From contig CAXXJJ010000004.1 in the NCBI GenBank assembly GCA_963667015.2, forward strand, positions 256,001 through 320,000: DNA of 64,000 nt, in the 5' to 3' direction. The notes beneath the pieces were generated by a model. That model saw only the letters and a program-made list of their open reading frames with translations, searched no databases and was not told the origin of the DNA. This DNA is from Desulfatiglandales bacterium. Lineage in GTDB: Bacteria > Desulfobacterota > DSM-4660 > Desulfatiglandales > HGW-15. A program made the position numbers and the translations under genes. This document shows positions 40,842-50,778 of this stretch, piece by piece. The first letter of the stretch is position 1. Each line of letters begins with the position of its first letter.

Positions 40842-41312
40842 TTAGAACATTGTGTTCTGGTTCATCGCTTTCTTGGGATCAGGAATCTCCTGAACCACAT
40901 CCCAGTGCTCAACTACCTTGCCGTTTTCAACCCTGAAGATATCCACAACGGCGTAGCCGAGCATTTCCGGGCTGCGCTGGCAATGGATGTGCAGTGCTAC
41001 CAGATCACCATCGGCCAGGACATGCTTGATCTCGCCATGGTTTTTGGGAAAATCGCGTTTCAGGAACTCGATGTGCGCCTTCAGCCCTTCCGGACCATCG
41101 GCGGCATGAAGGTTGTGTTGAACGTAGCGGTTGCCTATGAAGCTCCTGGTCTTCTCCCAGTTCTTCTCGTTGAGTGCGGCGTTGTAAAACTCGATCACAA
41201 TCTTCTTGTTCTGTTCCTCAATAGCCGTCTGGTCATCGGCGGAGTATGTCGGTGCTGATGCCGAGATACCGGCTAATACTAGGATCGCAATGAAAATAAA
41301 TCGTTTGAGCAT
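40842..41312 (-). CDS. Secreted SnoaL-like (polyketide cyclase-like) protein
   Basis: YVQHN...DGPEG, DIFRVENGKVVEHWDV. Confidence 0.88.
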   Translation of the reverse strand: MLKRFIFIAILVLAGISASAPTYSADDQTAIEEQNKKIVIEFYNAALNEKNWEKTRSFIGNRYVQHNLHAADGPEGLKAHIEFLKRDFPKNHGEIKHVLADGDLVALHIHCQRSPEMLGYAVVDIFRVENGKVVEHWDVVQEIPDPKKAMNQNTMF

Positions 41313-41461
41313 TTGGTTTTCTCCTTGTCCCCGGCACAGGAGGACTATTAAGGTTAACAGGTCACTCATAAATCAGGCATTATGTTAAAAGATCGACCTT
41401 TGCACATCTCCAGATTTTCTGTATTCAATCTTTCAAAAGAATTCCCTTTTTAGAGAAACAA

Positions 41462-41490
41462 AATATATGGAGTGCGGGGTTGTATGTCAA
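41462..41490 (-). promoter_or_regulatory. Sigma70 promoter TTGACA-N17-TATATT
   Basis: Member of the duplicated promoter family. Confidence 0.7.
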
Positions 41491-41659
41491 TAATAATTAG
41501 CTCCCACCATATAGCAGGATCATTCAACATTCCAAAGGAGTATATCTGTTATATATTTTCCCTTGCTTTTTCAGTCAATTAATCTTAAGTCTAAATTAAA
41601 GTATCTTTTTACTGGATGCCCCCATAGAAGAAATATAAAACCAGGAAGGAGAACCCGTC

Positions 41660-43174
41660 ATGAATTCGTCTGAAAAAGGAAACCGCAAATTAACCCGCAG
41701 GGAGTTCGTCAAGGAGACCGCTTTAAAGGGTGGAGCCCTGGCTATTGGAGCAGGAAGTTTGGCAATGCCTGTGTCAGCCATGGCAAATCAAAACACGAGC
41801 AAAACATCCGGAACAGTTGACGTATCCGGGCAAACTTATTTTGAACCCGGAAGAGAAATATCGATAGTAAGAGATGCCGAAGTTGTCGTTGTTGGAGGCG
41901 GTCCGGCAGGCGTTGCTGCAGCTCTGGCTTCCGCGAGAAATGGAGCTGATACGGTTCTTGTTGAACGATACGGTCAATTGGGCGGAATGGCAACCGGCGG
42001 GTTGGTGATCTGTATTATGCCCATGAGCGGAGGTACAAAGGAGCAGCAGATAGTCGGAATCTGCCAGGAGTTAGTGGACAGGCTGGATGCACGCGGCGCA
42101 GCCGTACATCCGCCAAAGGAAGATATTGGATCGAACGACATTAACCGGGTCAAATACTGGCGGCAGTTTCCCTTTTTTGTGATCGATAACCGAATAAGAA
42201 TGAGTGCCATGGTAGACCCTGAGATTCTCAAGTGTGTCATGAATGACATGGTAGAGGAAGCGGGTGTAAAGTTATTGTTACATTCCTGGGGCTGCAGGGC
42301 GATTGTTGAGAATAACGCGGTTCAAGGGATCATATTTGAAAGTAAATCCGGCAGGCAGGCCATAAAATCCAGAGTCGTGATCGATACAACCGGTGACGGG
42401 GATATTTTTGCGTCGGCCGGAGCAGAGTTTGACGGTGAGGCCGATCAGAATCTTCGATCTTCCAAACTGGCTCTGGTATTTCAGGTCGGGAGAATTGATA
42501 TCGATAAATTCACTGAGTACCGAAGCGCAAACCCTCAGGAATACTCCGCCAAATTGCAGGAACTTGTTAAGCTGGGCGGCTTTACCAAGCCCATGCGAAG
42601 CGCCCTGGATGATGTTATGTGGTTTAATAACCAATTGCAGGGGAGCGCGATCAATGTTGAGGATTTAACACGAGCAGAAGTCAGTGCGCGAAAGAGGATG
42701 CTTACAACACAGGACTATTTTAAAAAGCATATCCCCGGATTTGAAAACAGCTTTATCATGGACACTGCCTCTCAGGTTGGTGTGCGGGGCAGCAGAAGAC
42801 TGATAGGCGAATACATCTTAACTCAGGATGACATATTCAAGGGTACATTGTTTGAGGACACTATAGCAGTCTGTCCGCCTTTTAAATACAATTTGTCATC
42901 TGATAAGCCATGTATGCATATTCCCTACAGGTCACTGGTACCCCGAAAGGTAGATAATCTTCTCGCTGCCGGCCGCTGCCTCTCTGCGGATTTAGTGGCA
43001 AATGATATACTTGCTCCGATCCAGTTCTGTGTAGCCATGGGACAGGCCGCAGGAACTGCCGCAGCCCTGTCAGTAAAAGCGGGTATAGCTCCTCGAAAAG
43101 TTGATCATGTAATGCTGCAGAAGAATCTCATGGATCAGGGCGTCCCGCTGCCGGGTTTAAAAAGGGCAGGCTAG
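41660..43174 (+). CDS. FAD-dependent oxidoreductase with Tat signal
   Basis: TRREFVK; GGGPAG; IDTTGDGD; IPYRSLVP. Confidence 0.9.
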   Translation: MNSSEKGNRKLTRREFVKETALKGGALAIGAGSLAMPVSAMANQNTSKTSGTVDVSGQTYFEPGREISIVRDAEVVVVGGGPAGVAAALASARNGADTVLVERYGQLGGMATGGLVICIMPMSGGTKEQQIVGICQELVDRLDARGAAVHPPKEDIGSNDINRVKYWRQFPFFVIDNRIRMSAMVDPEILKCVMNDMVEEAGVKLLLHSWGCRAIVENNAVQGIIFESKSGRQAIKSRVVIDTTGDGDIFASAGAEFDGEADQNLRSSKLALVFQVGRIDIDKFTEYRSANPQEYSAKLQELVKLGGFTKPMRSALDDVMWFNNQLQGSAINVEDLTRAEVSARKRMLTTQDYFKKHIPGFENSFIMDTASQVGVRGSRRLIGEYILTQDDIFKGTLFEDTIAVCPPFKYNLSSDKPCMHIPYRSLVPRKVDNLLAAGRCLSADLVANDILAPIQFCVAMGQAAGTAAALSVKAGIAPRKVDHVMLQKNLMDQGVPLPGLKRAG

Positions 43175-43231
43175 CAAAAATCGGGAGGTTGAAAAGTCTC
43201 ATCCACCGGGTGGTAGAGGGGCGAAGATAGT

Positions 43232-44611
43232 GTGGATATAATATCTCAATTTGTCAAAAAATGGCCGGAAATAAAATATGAGGATCTCCCTGACCATGTC
43301 ATAGAAATCGTCAAGTGTGAAATTATAGACAGTCTGGCCGCGGCTCTTGGAGCGTCATCAGCGAATGGTATAAAACAGTTGCTGGATGTAATTGATGAAT
43401 GGGGAGGAAACAGGCAAAGCACCATTATAGCCGGCGGAGTCAAATGTCCGGCTCCGGATGCCGCTCTGGTCAACGGTACCCTGATACATGCCCTTGATTA
43501 TGACGATGGTTGCCCTGCAACCCTGGTGCACATCGGATGCACGGCAGTATCGGCCGGCTTTTCTGCGGCTGAAAGAGTGGGCGGGGTAACCGGAAAGGAA
43601 TTTATTGCCGCTCTGGTACTGGGAAGCGATTTTATCAATCGCCTGGCTCTAGCCAGCCGGCCGAACGGCAGTATCACGGAATCCGGATGGTTCCCCACTG
43701 CCCTGTACGGGTACCTGGGTTCGGCTGCTGTTGCTGGAAGAATAATGAAGCTGGATCAGGAAGCAATGATTAATGCCATTGGTATTGCCTACAATCAATG
43801 TGCAGGCAATATGCAATGCATCCACGACGGCGTTTTTGCCAAGGCAATAGCAGCTGGACTGGCTGCAAAAGGCGGTGTTACTGCCTGTATAATGGCCGGG
43901 AAGGGCATTTCCGGGACCAGGAATAGTCTTGAAGGTAAAGCCGGGTTCTATAATGTCTACCATGGAGGGGATTACGATCCTCAAATTCTCATAAAGGATC
44001 TGGGCGAAAGATTTGAAACGGAAAGAATTGGTTTTAAGCCCTATCCCTGCTGCGGGCAAAGCCATGCGGCAATTGATGCTGCACTTTCTTTAAGGTCAAA
44101 ATACAATATTATACCTGCCGAGGTTCAGGATGTAATCGCATCTCTGGGTGATGCGGCATATATGTTATGTGTACCCCTGCAGGAAAAGCAGAATCCGCAA
44201 ACCGTGATTGATGCGCAGTTCAGTCTTCCCTGGACAGTTGCAACTGCCCTGGTAAAGGGAAATGTCACATTGGAAGATTTTACTTTTACGGCTATCCGGA
44301 AAGAAGAGGTACTGGAGGTATCCCGAAAAGTGAAAGGCCGGCTTGAACCTGAATTCAACAGGCGGGGTGTTGGACCGGGCAGCGTCACGATAAAACTGAC
44401 TACGGGGCATGAGTATACGCAGTACGTGGAATTCGGCCTGGGCAGCGTTGAAAATCCAATGTCTTTCGATGACTGCGTTCGAAAATTCAGGGAATGTTAT
44501 CCTTATTCTATTCGTCCCATTTCGGCTGCCACTGCCGATAAAATTATTGAACTGGTCCAAAATATGGAACAATTAAAGGACGCTACTCAGATAATCAAGA
44601 TGCTGGGATAA
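43232..44611 (+). CDS. MmgE/PrpD family protein
   Basis: HALDYDD, KPYPCC, AQFSLP. Confidence 0.92.
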   Translation: MDIISQFVKKWPEIKYEDLPDHVIEIVKCEIIDSLAAALGASSANGIKQLLDVIDEWGGNRQSTIIAGGVKCPAPDAALVNGTLIHALDYDDGCPATLVHIGCTAVSAGFSAAERVGGVTGKEFIAALVLGSDFINRLALASRPNGSITESGWFPTALYGYLGSAAVAGRIMKLDQEAMINAIGIAYNQCAGNMQCIHDGVFAKAIAAGLAAKGGVTACIMAGKGISGTRNSLEGKAGFYNVYHGGDYDPQILIKDLGERFETERIGFKPYPCCGQSHAAIDAALSLRSKYNIIPAEVQDVIASLGDAAYMLCVPLQEKQNPQTVIDAQFSLPWTVATALVKGNVTLEDFTFTAIRKEEVLEVSRKVKGRLEPEFNRRGVGPGSVTIKLTTGHEYTQYVEFGLGSVENPMSFDDCVRKFRECYPYSIRPISAATADKIIELVQNMEQLKDATQIIKMLG

Positions 44612-44659
44612 GATTACTTTTTTTTTAAAGATATATAATTCTATACGGGCATCATGGAA

Positions 44660-45613
44660 TCATTTGTATTTTTCATCCAGTCCACTCAGGTCATCATGCA
44701 TTAAACCTTTTTCATCATAAACTGTTGGAGCAATAAAACAGTCCCTTACTTTGTCATGGGATCTGTCTCGATATTTGCACCATATATGATACCAGTCTCC
44801 CTTCCATTCAAAGAATTCACCATGTGCCCAGCCTGTCTCCAGTCCCCATCCTTCACCTACTGAACCTTTTGTTTCATAGGGACCATATATGTTTCTGGAT
44901 GTAGCATAATAGCCCGAACAGCTTAAATAATATAATCCATTATATTTGTGCAGGGCATTTTTATCCATAAAGGGGAAGTGAGAGGTTCTGTTAATTGGAA
45001 TCTCCCTGGGTTCTTCATCCAGCTCGAGCAAAGAATCCTTCAGCCTGGCAATTACATAGGTTTCCGTTCCCCATATTAAATAAGGGGTATTGTCATCATC
45101 GATAAATACTGTGGGATCATATGATTTAACAAGAGGTTTGCCCAGAGCATCAGCATAAGCACCTTCAGGTTTTGATGCCACCATCACCCCGGTGTCTTTG
45201 TCGCGATTTGAAAAGAACCAGTAATATTTACCATGGCGTTTTACGATGTCACCGGCCCAGCAGCTGGTATTTCCTTTTCCCATGTAATTTTGTTCGGGAA
45301 GTATGGTGCCCACATGTTTCCAGCTTTGAAGATCTGCAGAACAATAGATTCTCCAGTCAGGCATAACCCATTCGGATACTCCAAATCCTACGTCATGTCC
45401 GGCAAACACATAGCAGATGTCATTATCCACCAGAACATGAGGGTCAGACATGCCGGGTTCGTCAATTAGGGGATTTCTTATTTTGGGAGCCTTTTCAGTT
45501 AAACTTTTAGATGCAAAGAGAGCTGAGGGTTTTAAGAAAAAAGCACCTGCGGCAGAATATGCCATGGTTTTAATTAATGTTCTTCGGTCTATCATTTTCT
45601 TCGGATTATTCAT
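44660..45613 (-). CDS. Glycoside hydrolase family 43-like protein with Tat signal
   Basis: DRRTLIK; SDPH, WAG, DPTVFIDDD. Confidence 0.85.
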   Translation of the reverse strand: MNNPKKMIDRRTLIKTMAYSAAGAFFLKPSALFASKSLTEKAPKIRNPLIDEPGMSDPHVLVDNDICYVFAGHDVGFGVSEWVMPDWRIYCSADLQSWKHVGTILPEQNYMGKGNTSCWAGDIVKRHGKYYWFFSNRDKDTGVMVASKPEGAYADALGKPLVKSYDPTVFIDDDNTPYLIWGTETYVIARLKDSLLELDEEPREIPINRTSHFPFMDKNALHKYNGLYYLSCSGYYATSRNIYGPYETKGSVGEGWGLETGWAHGEFFEWKGDWYHIWCKYRDRSHDKVRDCFIAPTVYDEKGLMHDDLSGLDEKYK

Positions 45614-45822
45614 TTGATGTGCATCCTGTTAATATGACATAACCCAGTATATTTAAAATACAGGGTTTCAACAAAAAAATCGGGATTCCAGTTCAGGGAT
45701 TTTCAATTAGAATAAAGCGGATCATATATGACTAATTTATGTAAAGTCAATATTCAAAGGGATCGTCCATGAAAATATGAATCAATTCGGGCAGAACTTT
45801 TTTATCTGAGCTCATTTTATCG

Positions 45823-45847
45823 GGAACTTTTTACTATCTCACGTGTA
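45823..45847 (+). promoter_or_regulatory. Possible ECF-type promoter GGAACT...CGTGTA
   Basis: ECF-like -35/-10 words directly upstream of an ECF sigma gene; spacing short. Confidence 0.45.
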
Positions 45848-45880
45848 TTTATGTTATATAGATCAGGTAATGGAGCCCTA

Positions 45881-46447
45881 ATGGACGATAATACAATAAT
45901 AAGGCTTATACAGGACGGTAAAACCGAAGCTTATGCCAGTCTTGTTCAAAAATACCATAAAAATCTCCTTTCATTCATTTACAGGCTGGTCCGCGATCCG
46001 CACTCGACTGAGGATATCGGTCAGGATGTGTTTCTTTCCGCTTATAAATCACTGCCCAGATTCGATACTGAGAGGGGAACTCCCTTTGTCGCGTGGCTAT
46101 TTGTTATTGCACGCAACCGATGTGTTAATCATCTTCGGGATCATCAAATTGTTAAGGACGTGCCTGTCGATGAACTTAAATACCTGCCGATCACTGAAGA
46201 TACAGCCGAAGAAGAGCTGATTCGTCGTGAAGACTTGCGAATATTAACAGCCTCGCTCGAACAATTACCTGAACCGTTTAAGTCAACAATTATGAAGAGT
46301 CTTAAGGGGGCCTCTCTGGATGAAATAGCCTGTGAATACGGAATCCCATTGTCTACTGTAAAGTCACGATTATTCAGGGCCAGGGCAAAGGTTAGACAAT
46401 TAATGAATATTTATGTCGGAGGTGTAGGTCATGAAAGAAAAATATGA
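45881..46447 (+). CDS. ECF RNA polymerase sigma-70 factor
   Basis: EDIGQDVF, WLFVIARN, TVKSRLFRAR. Confidence 0.93.
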   Translation: MDDNTIIRLIQDGKTEAYASLVQKYHKNLLSFIYRLVRDPHSTEDIGQDVFLSAYKSLPRFDTERGTPFVAWLFVIARNRCVNHLRDHQIVKDVPVDELKYLPITEDTAEEELIRREDLRILTASLEQLPEPFKSTIMKSLKGASLDEIACEYGIPLSTVKSRLFRARAKVRQLMNIYVGGVGHERKI

Positions 46448-46610
46448 ACCATCAACAGATTTTGTCTTGAAGGTCATGGAGAATGTTTATGCATACGAGG
46501 AGTCCAAAAATACCTTTATTCAATGGCTCTCTATTCATTCGTCAATCCGCTATGCAGTGCTGGGGATCGGAGCACTACTCGGAGTATTAAAAACTGCACC
46601 GGCCTTTTAA
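46431..46610 (+). CDS. 59-aa membrane peptide, putative anti-sigma factor (below ORF-track cutoff)
   Basis: SD GGAGG; MKEKYEPSTDFVLKVM...YAVLGIGALLGVLKTAPAF; overlaps the sigma gene end. Confidence 0.65.
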   Translation: MKEKYEPSTDFVLKVMENVYAYEESKNTFIQWLSIHSSIRYAVLGIGALLGVLKTAPAF

Positions 46611-46686
46611 GCAGCATCAGAGGTCAGGACGAATTGTTGATTTTAAAAAGTAAGTAAAAATATCAAGGAAGTGAAGGAATAAACGC

Positions 46687-47382
46687 ATGAAAAATAAACT
46701 AAAAAAATATACTGGTATTGTTCTCAAAAGCTGGATTTTCAGCCTTGTAACAGCATTGTTAATTGCTACATCAGTTAAGTCCTCATTAGCTGACTGGAAT
46801 GATGTTCCGACCGGTTCGATGCAGCCGACCATCCTGATTGGAGATCGAATATTTGTAAACAAGCTTGCATATGATTTGAAAATACCCTTTACAACATATC
46901 ATCTTGCAAAGTGGTCTGATCCTGAACGAGGGGATATTGTCGTCTTTTTTTCTCCTGAAGACGGCAAACGCCTGGTTAAGCGTGTGATCGGAACACCAGG
47001 AGATATAATAAGCATGAGAGACAACAGACTTTTCATTAATGAAAAACCTGTGGAATACATCCAGTTGCAACCGAAAATAATGAACCGGTTTGATTCGGAA
47101 CTGAAAAATGATCATATCTTTTTATCTGAGCAGCTTATAGTAAAAGATCATGCTGTAATGTTGTCATTATCACGATCATCATTATCTTCTTTTGGACCGG
47201 TAACTATTCCGAAAGGCAAATATTTTATGATGGGAGATAATAGGGACAATAGTGCAGATTCCCGCTTTTTTGGTTTTATCGATCGAAATTTAATTGTTGG
47301 AAAAGCAACAACAGTGGTCATTTCAAGAAATGAATCTTTTTTGCATCCGAGATGGTCTAGGTTTTTACAGGAACTCATCTAA
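46687..47382 (+). CDS. lepB: Signal peptidase I
   Basis: PTGSMQPT, VKRVIGTPGD, MGDNRDNSADSR. Confidence 0.95.
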   Translation: MKNKLKKYTGIVLKSWIFSLVTALLIATSVKSSLADWNDVPTGSMQPTILIGDRIFVNKLAYDLKIPFTTYHLAKWSDPERGDIVVFFSPEDGKRLVKRVIGTPGDIISMRDNRLFINEKPVEYIQLQPKIMNRFDSELKNDHIFLSEQLIVKDHAVMLSLSRSSLSSFGPVTIPKGKYFMMGDNRDNSADSRFFGFIDRNLIVGKATTVVISRNESFLHPRWSRFLQELI

Positions 47383-47444
47383 TACTATTCGCTGAGTCAT
47401 AATAACATCAGGAAAGACATGCAAAATAGTGAGAGGGTTTATTA

Positions 47445-47473
47445 TTGACATGCGTTACACTTCTCCATATATT
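47445..47473 (+). promoter_or_regulatory. Sigma70 promoter TTGACA-N17-TATATT
   Basis: Member of the duplicated promoter family. Confidence 0.7.
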
Positions 47474-47662
47474 TCAATCTTCAAACAGGGAATTCTTATC
47501 AATCGTAACATTATTATTCTTGTCTCAGATGCAGCTGCCGGTTAAACCGGGGCTGGTTCGATAGGAAACACATATCTTAAACATGTTCACTCTTCCTATC
47601 GTCAAGCGCGGCAGGAATATGTGCCCTACAATCGGGCAGAAACTCACATTGGGAGGGTAACA

Positions 47663-48649
47663 ATGATCATTCGCGGAGCAAACCGTTTGATAACCATCAT
47701 GATTCTGGCCGGCGCCATGGTGGTCGCCCAGTCAGTCGCTGCACAACAGCCACCTGAGACCCGCACCGGCGGGCCCAATCGGGCAGCCATGGGTCCTCCG
47801 GGAGCAAAGCAGAACAACCTTCCGGACACCCCGGGAACCGGTGCCTATCCGGCAATGAAGGAGGAGATTCCGGATCTTCCCGGACACGTGGTGTATCGAC
47901 CCGCCAACCTGGCGGCAATGGGTTCTCTGAAACTGGGAGTGGTTGCCTGGGGAAACGGCGGCTGTTCGGAGGATGGGGCAAGCACCCGCTTTCATCTGCT
48001 CGAGCTGGCGTCCCACGGTTATCTGGTAATAGCATCCGGTCGCATACTAAGCGGCCCTGGCGCACATGCTCCCGCTGCTGAGCGAAAGCCTTTTCCTCAG
48101 ACCGAAACATCGGATCTCACCAGGGCAATTGACTGGGCACTGGCCGAGAACACCCGTAAGGGCAGCCCCTATTTCGGGCGCATTGATCCGCAGCAGGTGG
48201 CCGTATCGGGTTTCAGCTGCGGGGGACTGCAGGCGGCCCTGGTCGCAGGGGACCCGCGTGTGAAGACCCTGATCATGCAGAACACGGGAACATATGACGG
48301 TGAACGCGCCACCATGCCCGGCCTAAAGGTACCCAAGTCGACGGTAAAGACCTATCACACGCCCGTTCTTTACATACTGGGCGGGCCGACCGACGTCGCC
48401 TATAAGAATGGCATGGAAGACTTCAAACTGATCGACCATGTTCCTGTTGCCGTGGCCAACCTGCCTGTAGGTCATGGCGGAACCTACCACGAGCCCAATG
48501 GCGGCGCTGCCGCACAGGTTGCAGTGGCCTGGCTGGACTGGCAGTTGCGTGGTGATGAAAAGGCCGCTGCACAATTTGTGGGCGACAAGTGCGGTCTGTG
48601 TATGGATGAGAAGTGGACCATAGAAAGAAAAAATTTTCCGGAACAATGA
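47663..48649 (+). CDS. Secreted alpha/beta hydrolase
   Basis: WGNGGC, GFSCGG, GHGGT; visibly GC-richer than neighbours. Confidence 0.85.
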   Translation: MIIRGANRLITIMILAGAMVVAQSVAAQQPPETRTGGPNRAAMGPPGAKQNNLPDTPGTGAYPAMKEEIPDLPGHVVYRPANLAAMGSLKLGVVAWGNGGCSEDGASTRFHLLELASHGYLVIASGRILSGPGAHAPAAERKPFPQTETSDLTRAIDWALAENTRKGSPYFGRIDPQQVAVSGFSCGGLQAALVAGDPRVKTLIMQNTGTYDGERATMPGLKVPKSTVKTYHTPVLYILGGPTDVAYKNGMEDFKLIDHVPVAVANLPVGHGGTYHEPNGGAAAQVAVAWLDWQLRGDEKAAAQFVGDKCGLCMDEKWTIERKNFPEQ

Positions 48650-48793
48650 ACTGTCCCGCCGCAAGCTGCGAAGTATCAGAACTTGCGTTTTGCAATAAAC
48701 TGGAGATGGAATCCGCATCTCACCATGTTGAGTGCGGTAATACTGGCTGAAATGTAACCGGCAAACACGCCGGTAAGAAAAGGAGACTGATCT

Positions 48794-50686
48794 ATGCAGA
48801 AGAAAAAAATGCTCTTGACATTTACACTTGCGCTGATGGTGAGCCTGTTATTCACCTCCGGTGTTTTTGCGCTTAACTACACCAATAGACTGGGGAACAA
48901 GGCCACTTTCGAGACGCTTGAAGAGGCTCGCGTGAGCAGCCCTGCATCCGCCGCCTCACAGGGGACAGGCAATGTTACCTACAGGTCGCATCCTGTACTC
49001 GACGGGTATCCCAAAGGAACTACCTATGTGTATCGGTCTGCAAACCTGTGGAGCGGGCGCGCCAATCGCTCCAACACGAACATCCTGGTCTTTGCAGAGA
49101 AGTCCTTTAAGGACAAGGATGCCGCGTTAAACTACCTGAAGGATCTCGGCCTGATCAGCATAATCGATAAAGCAATCGGCAGTGTGGTGCTCATCACACC
49201 GTCCGATCCCAAAACCGGTTTTGTTGACCACGACCAGAAGCACTACTACGCCCTCCAGACGGCGATGCTTTCGCTCGGGACCTCTGAAAGATCCGGAAAC
49301 ATCACTACGACCTACTCCGACGGTGACTACTTCGGCGGATTCGGCTTCATTTATGTCATAGGCATTGACGGCGGCGCAACGTTCTTCAACAACTGCATTG
49401 CCAGTACCCTTGACTACGCCAGCCGCATTGCCGGCGCTCTGCTGATCAACAGCAGAATGGATGAGATCCGTCAGGTGGCCGGCGTTCTGCCCGCCTATCT
49501 TGTGAACGCCACTGAAGCTGTCGAGGCCAGGTACAGGGCCGCTAACAAAGCCGACTCTTTAAAGGGTGACACTAAGACTACAACCTACTACAATCAAACC
49601 CTGCCGCTTCAGCAGGTGATGGTCCACAGAGAAGCAGATCCGGACACGGCTGCTGTTATCAGAAAGGCTTATGATGATATGTTCTCCCGAACGATGCGAA
49701 TCCCTGTTGTTAAAACGGGTTTGCACAGCGCCGGCACGCCCTACCAGGGATATAATTTTGATCAGGCGCCATATACTCTGGCTGCCCGGAACGTAGTCAC
49801 TAATGGTGTGGCGCCGGACGGCATTTCCGTGTTTTCTCACCAGGAAGACAGATTTTCCAATATCAAATCCAAAGCCGGTGAGTATTTGCAGACCTGGTAT
49901 GAGTATGTACCCGAAGAGGTTCTTCAGAACAGGGTCATGAAAGGCTCGGTTCCACTGGTAATTGCCCTCCATGGCGGAGGTGATGATCCGCAGGCCTTTA
50001 TTGAGGAGGTCGGCTGGCTTGAGATGGCACGGCAGAAGCGGTTTATCATAGTGGCTCCGGAACACCAGGGCCTCTATTCTGACCAGACTGTTCTTGGAGA
50101 CTCGATAGCTGCGCTGGCAAAATATATGATGAAGACCTATCCTGCGATTGACGCTTCACGGGTATACGCGTCCGGCTATTCCATGGGAGGAGGCGCGACC
50201 CTTACAATTTCGACCAGCCATCCCCGGATGCTGGCAGCCGTTGTAGACATGGCCGGTGCGATGTTCACCTTTACTGACAAGATGGAAGCGCAGTTCAAAA
50301 AGACTGATCTGCCGTTCATGTACCTGACCAGCGCCTATGACCTGGAGCCCAATATAAACCCGAAAGACAAAAGTCTTTCAGATAATTCTCAGGTTCTGAT
50401 GAATAAATTTTTAGGATTTAATAACATGAACCTGATCAGCTATGACTTCAAAGCATACCCGAAGTGCGGGTTTAAGGCTGATGCCTGGTCCGAGACATTG
50501 CTGAATGATGAACAAAGGAATTTTATATGGTATTTGAATAACAATGAGGGTGTTCCCATGGTGGCCCTTAACTATACTGAAGATCTGATTCATGCCTTGT
50601 ATCCGCTCTACGCAAAGATGGCGTGGGACTATCTGACTCACTTCTCACGGGATCAGAAGACCGGCGCGATAAAATACAATCCTTAG
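48794..50686 (+). CDS. Secreted esterase, PHB depolymerase-like C-terminal domain
   Basis: LVIALHGGG, IDASRVYASGYSMGG. Confidence 0.82.
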   Translation: MQKKKMLLTFTLALMVSLLFTSGVFALNYTNRLGNKATFETLEEARVSSPASAASQGTGNVTYRSHPVLDGYPKGTTYVYRSANLWSGRANRSNTNILVFAEKSFKDKDAALNYLKDLGLISIIDKAIGSVVLITPSDPKTGFVDHDQKHYYALQTAMLSLGTSERSGNITTTYSDGDYFGGFGFIYVIGIDGGATFFNNCIASTLDYASRIAGALLINSRMDEIRQVAGVLPAYLVNATEAVEARYRAANKADSLKGDTKTTTYYNQTLPLQQVMVHREADPDTAAVIRKAYDDMFSRTMRIPVVKTGLHSAGTPYQGYNFDQAPYTLAARNVVTNGVAPDGISVFSHQEDRFSNIKSKAGEYLQTWYEYVPEEVLQNRVMKGSVPLVIALHGGGDDPQAFIEEVGWLEMARQKRFIIVAPEHQGLYSDQTVLGDSIAALAKYMMKTYPAIDASRVYASGYSMGGGATLTISTSHPRMLAAVVDMAGAMFTFTDKMEAQFKKTDLPFMYLTSAYDLEPNINPKDKSLSDNSQVLMNKFLGFNNMNLISYDFKAYPKCGFKADAWSETLLNDEQRNFIWYLNNNEGVPMVALNYTEDLIHALYPLYAKMAWDYLTHFSRDQKTGAIKYNP

Positions 50687-50693
50687 ACCAGAT

Positions 50694-50734
50694 CGTTCAG
50701 GCAGCACGGCGTATGTTTTAGTGCTGCCTGAACG
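50694..50734. terminator. Hairpin between convergent genes
   Basis: CGTTCAGGCAGCAC / GTGCTGCCTGAACG. Confidence 0.7.
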
Positions 50735-50778
50735 CCATATGAAAAAAGGATATTTATTACAGGGTGCCCTTAATTTAT

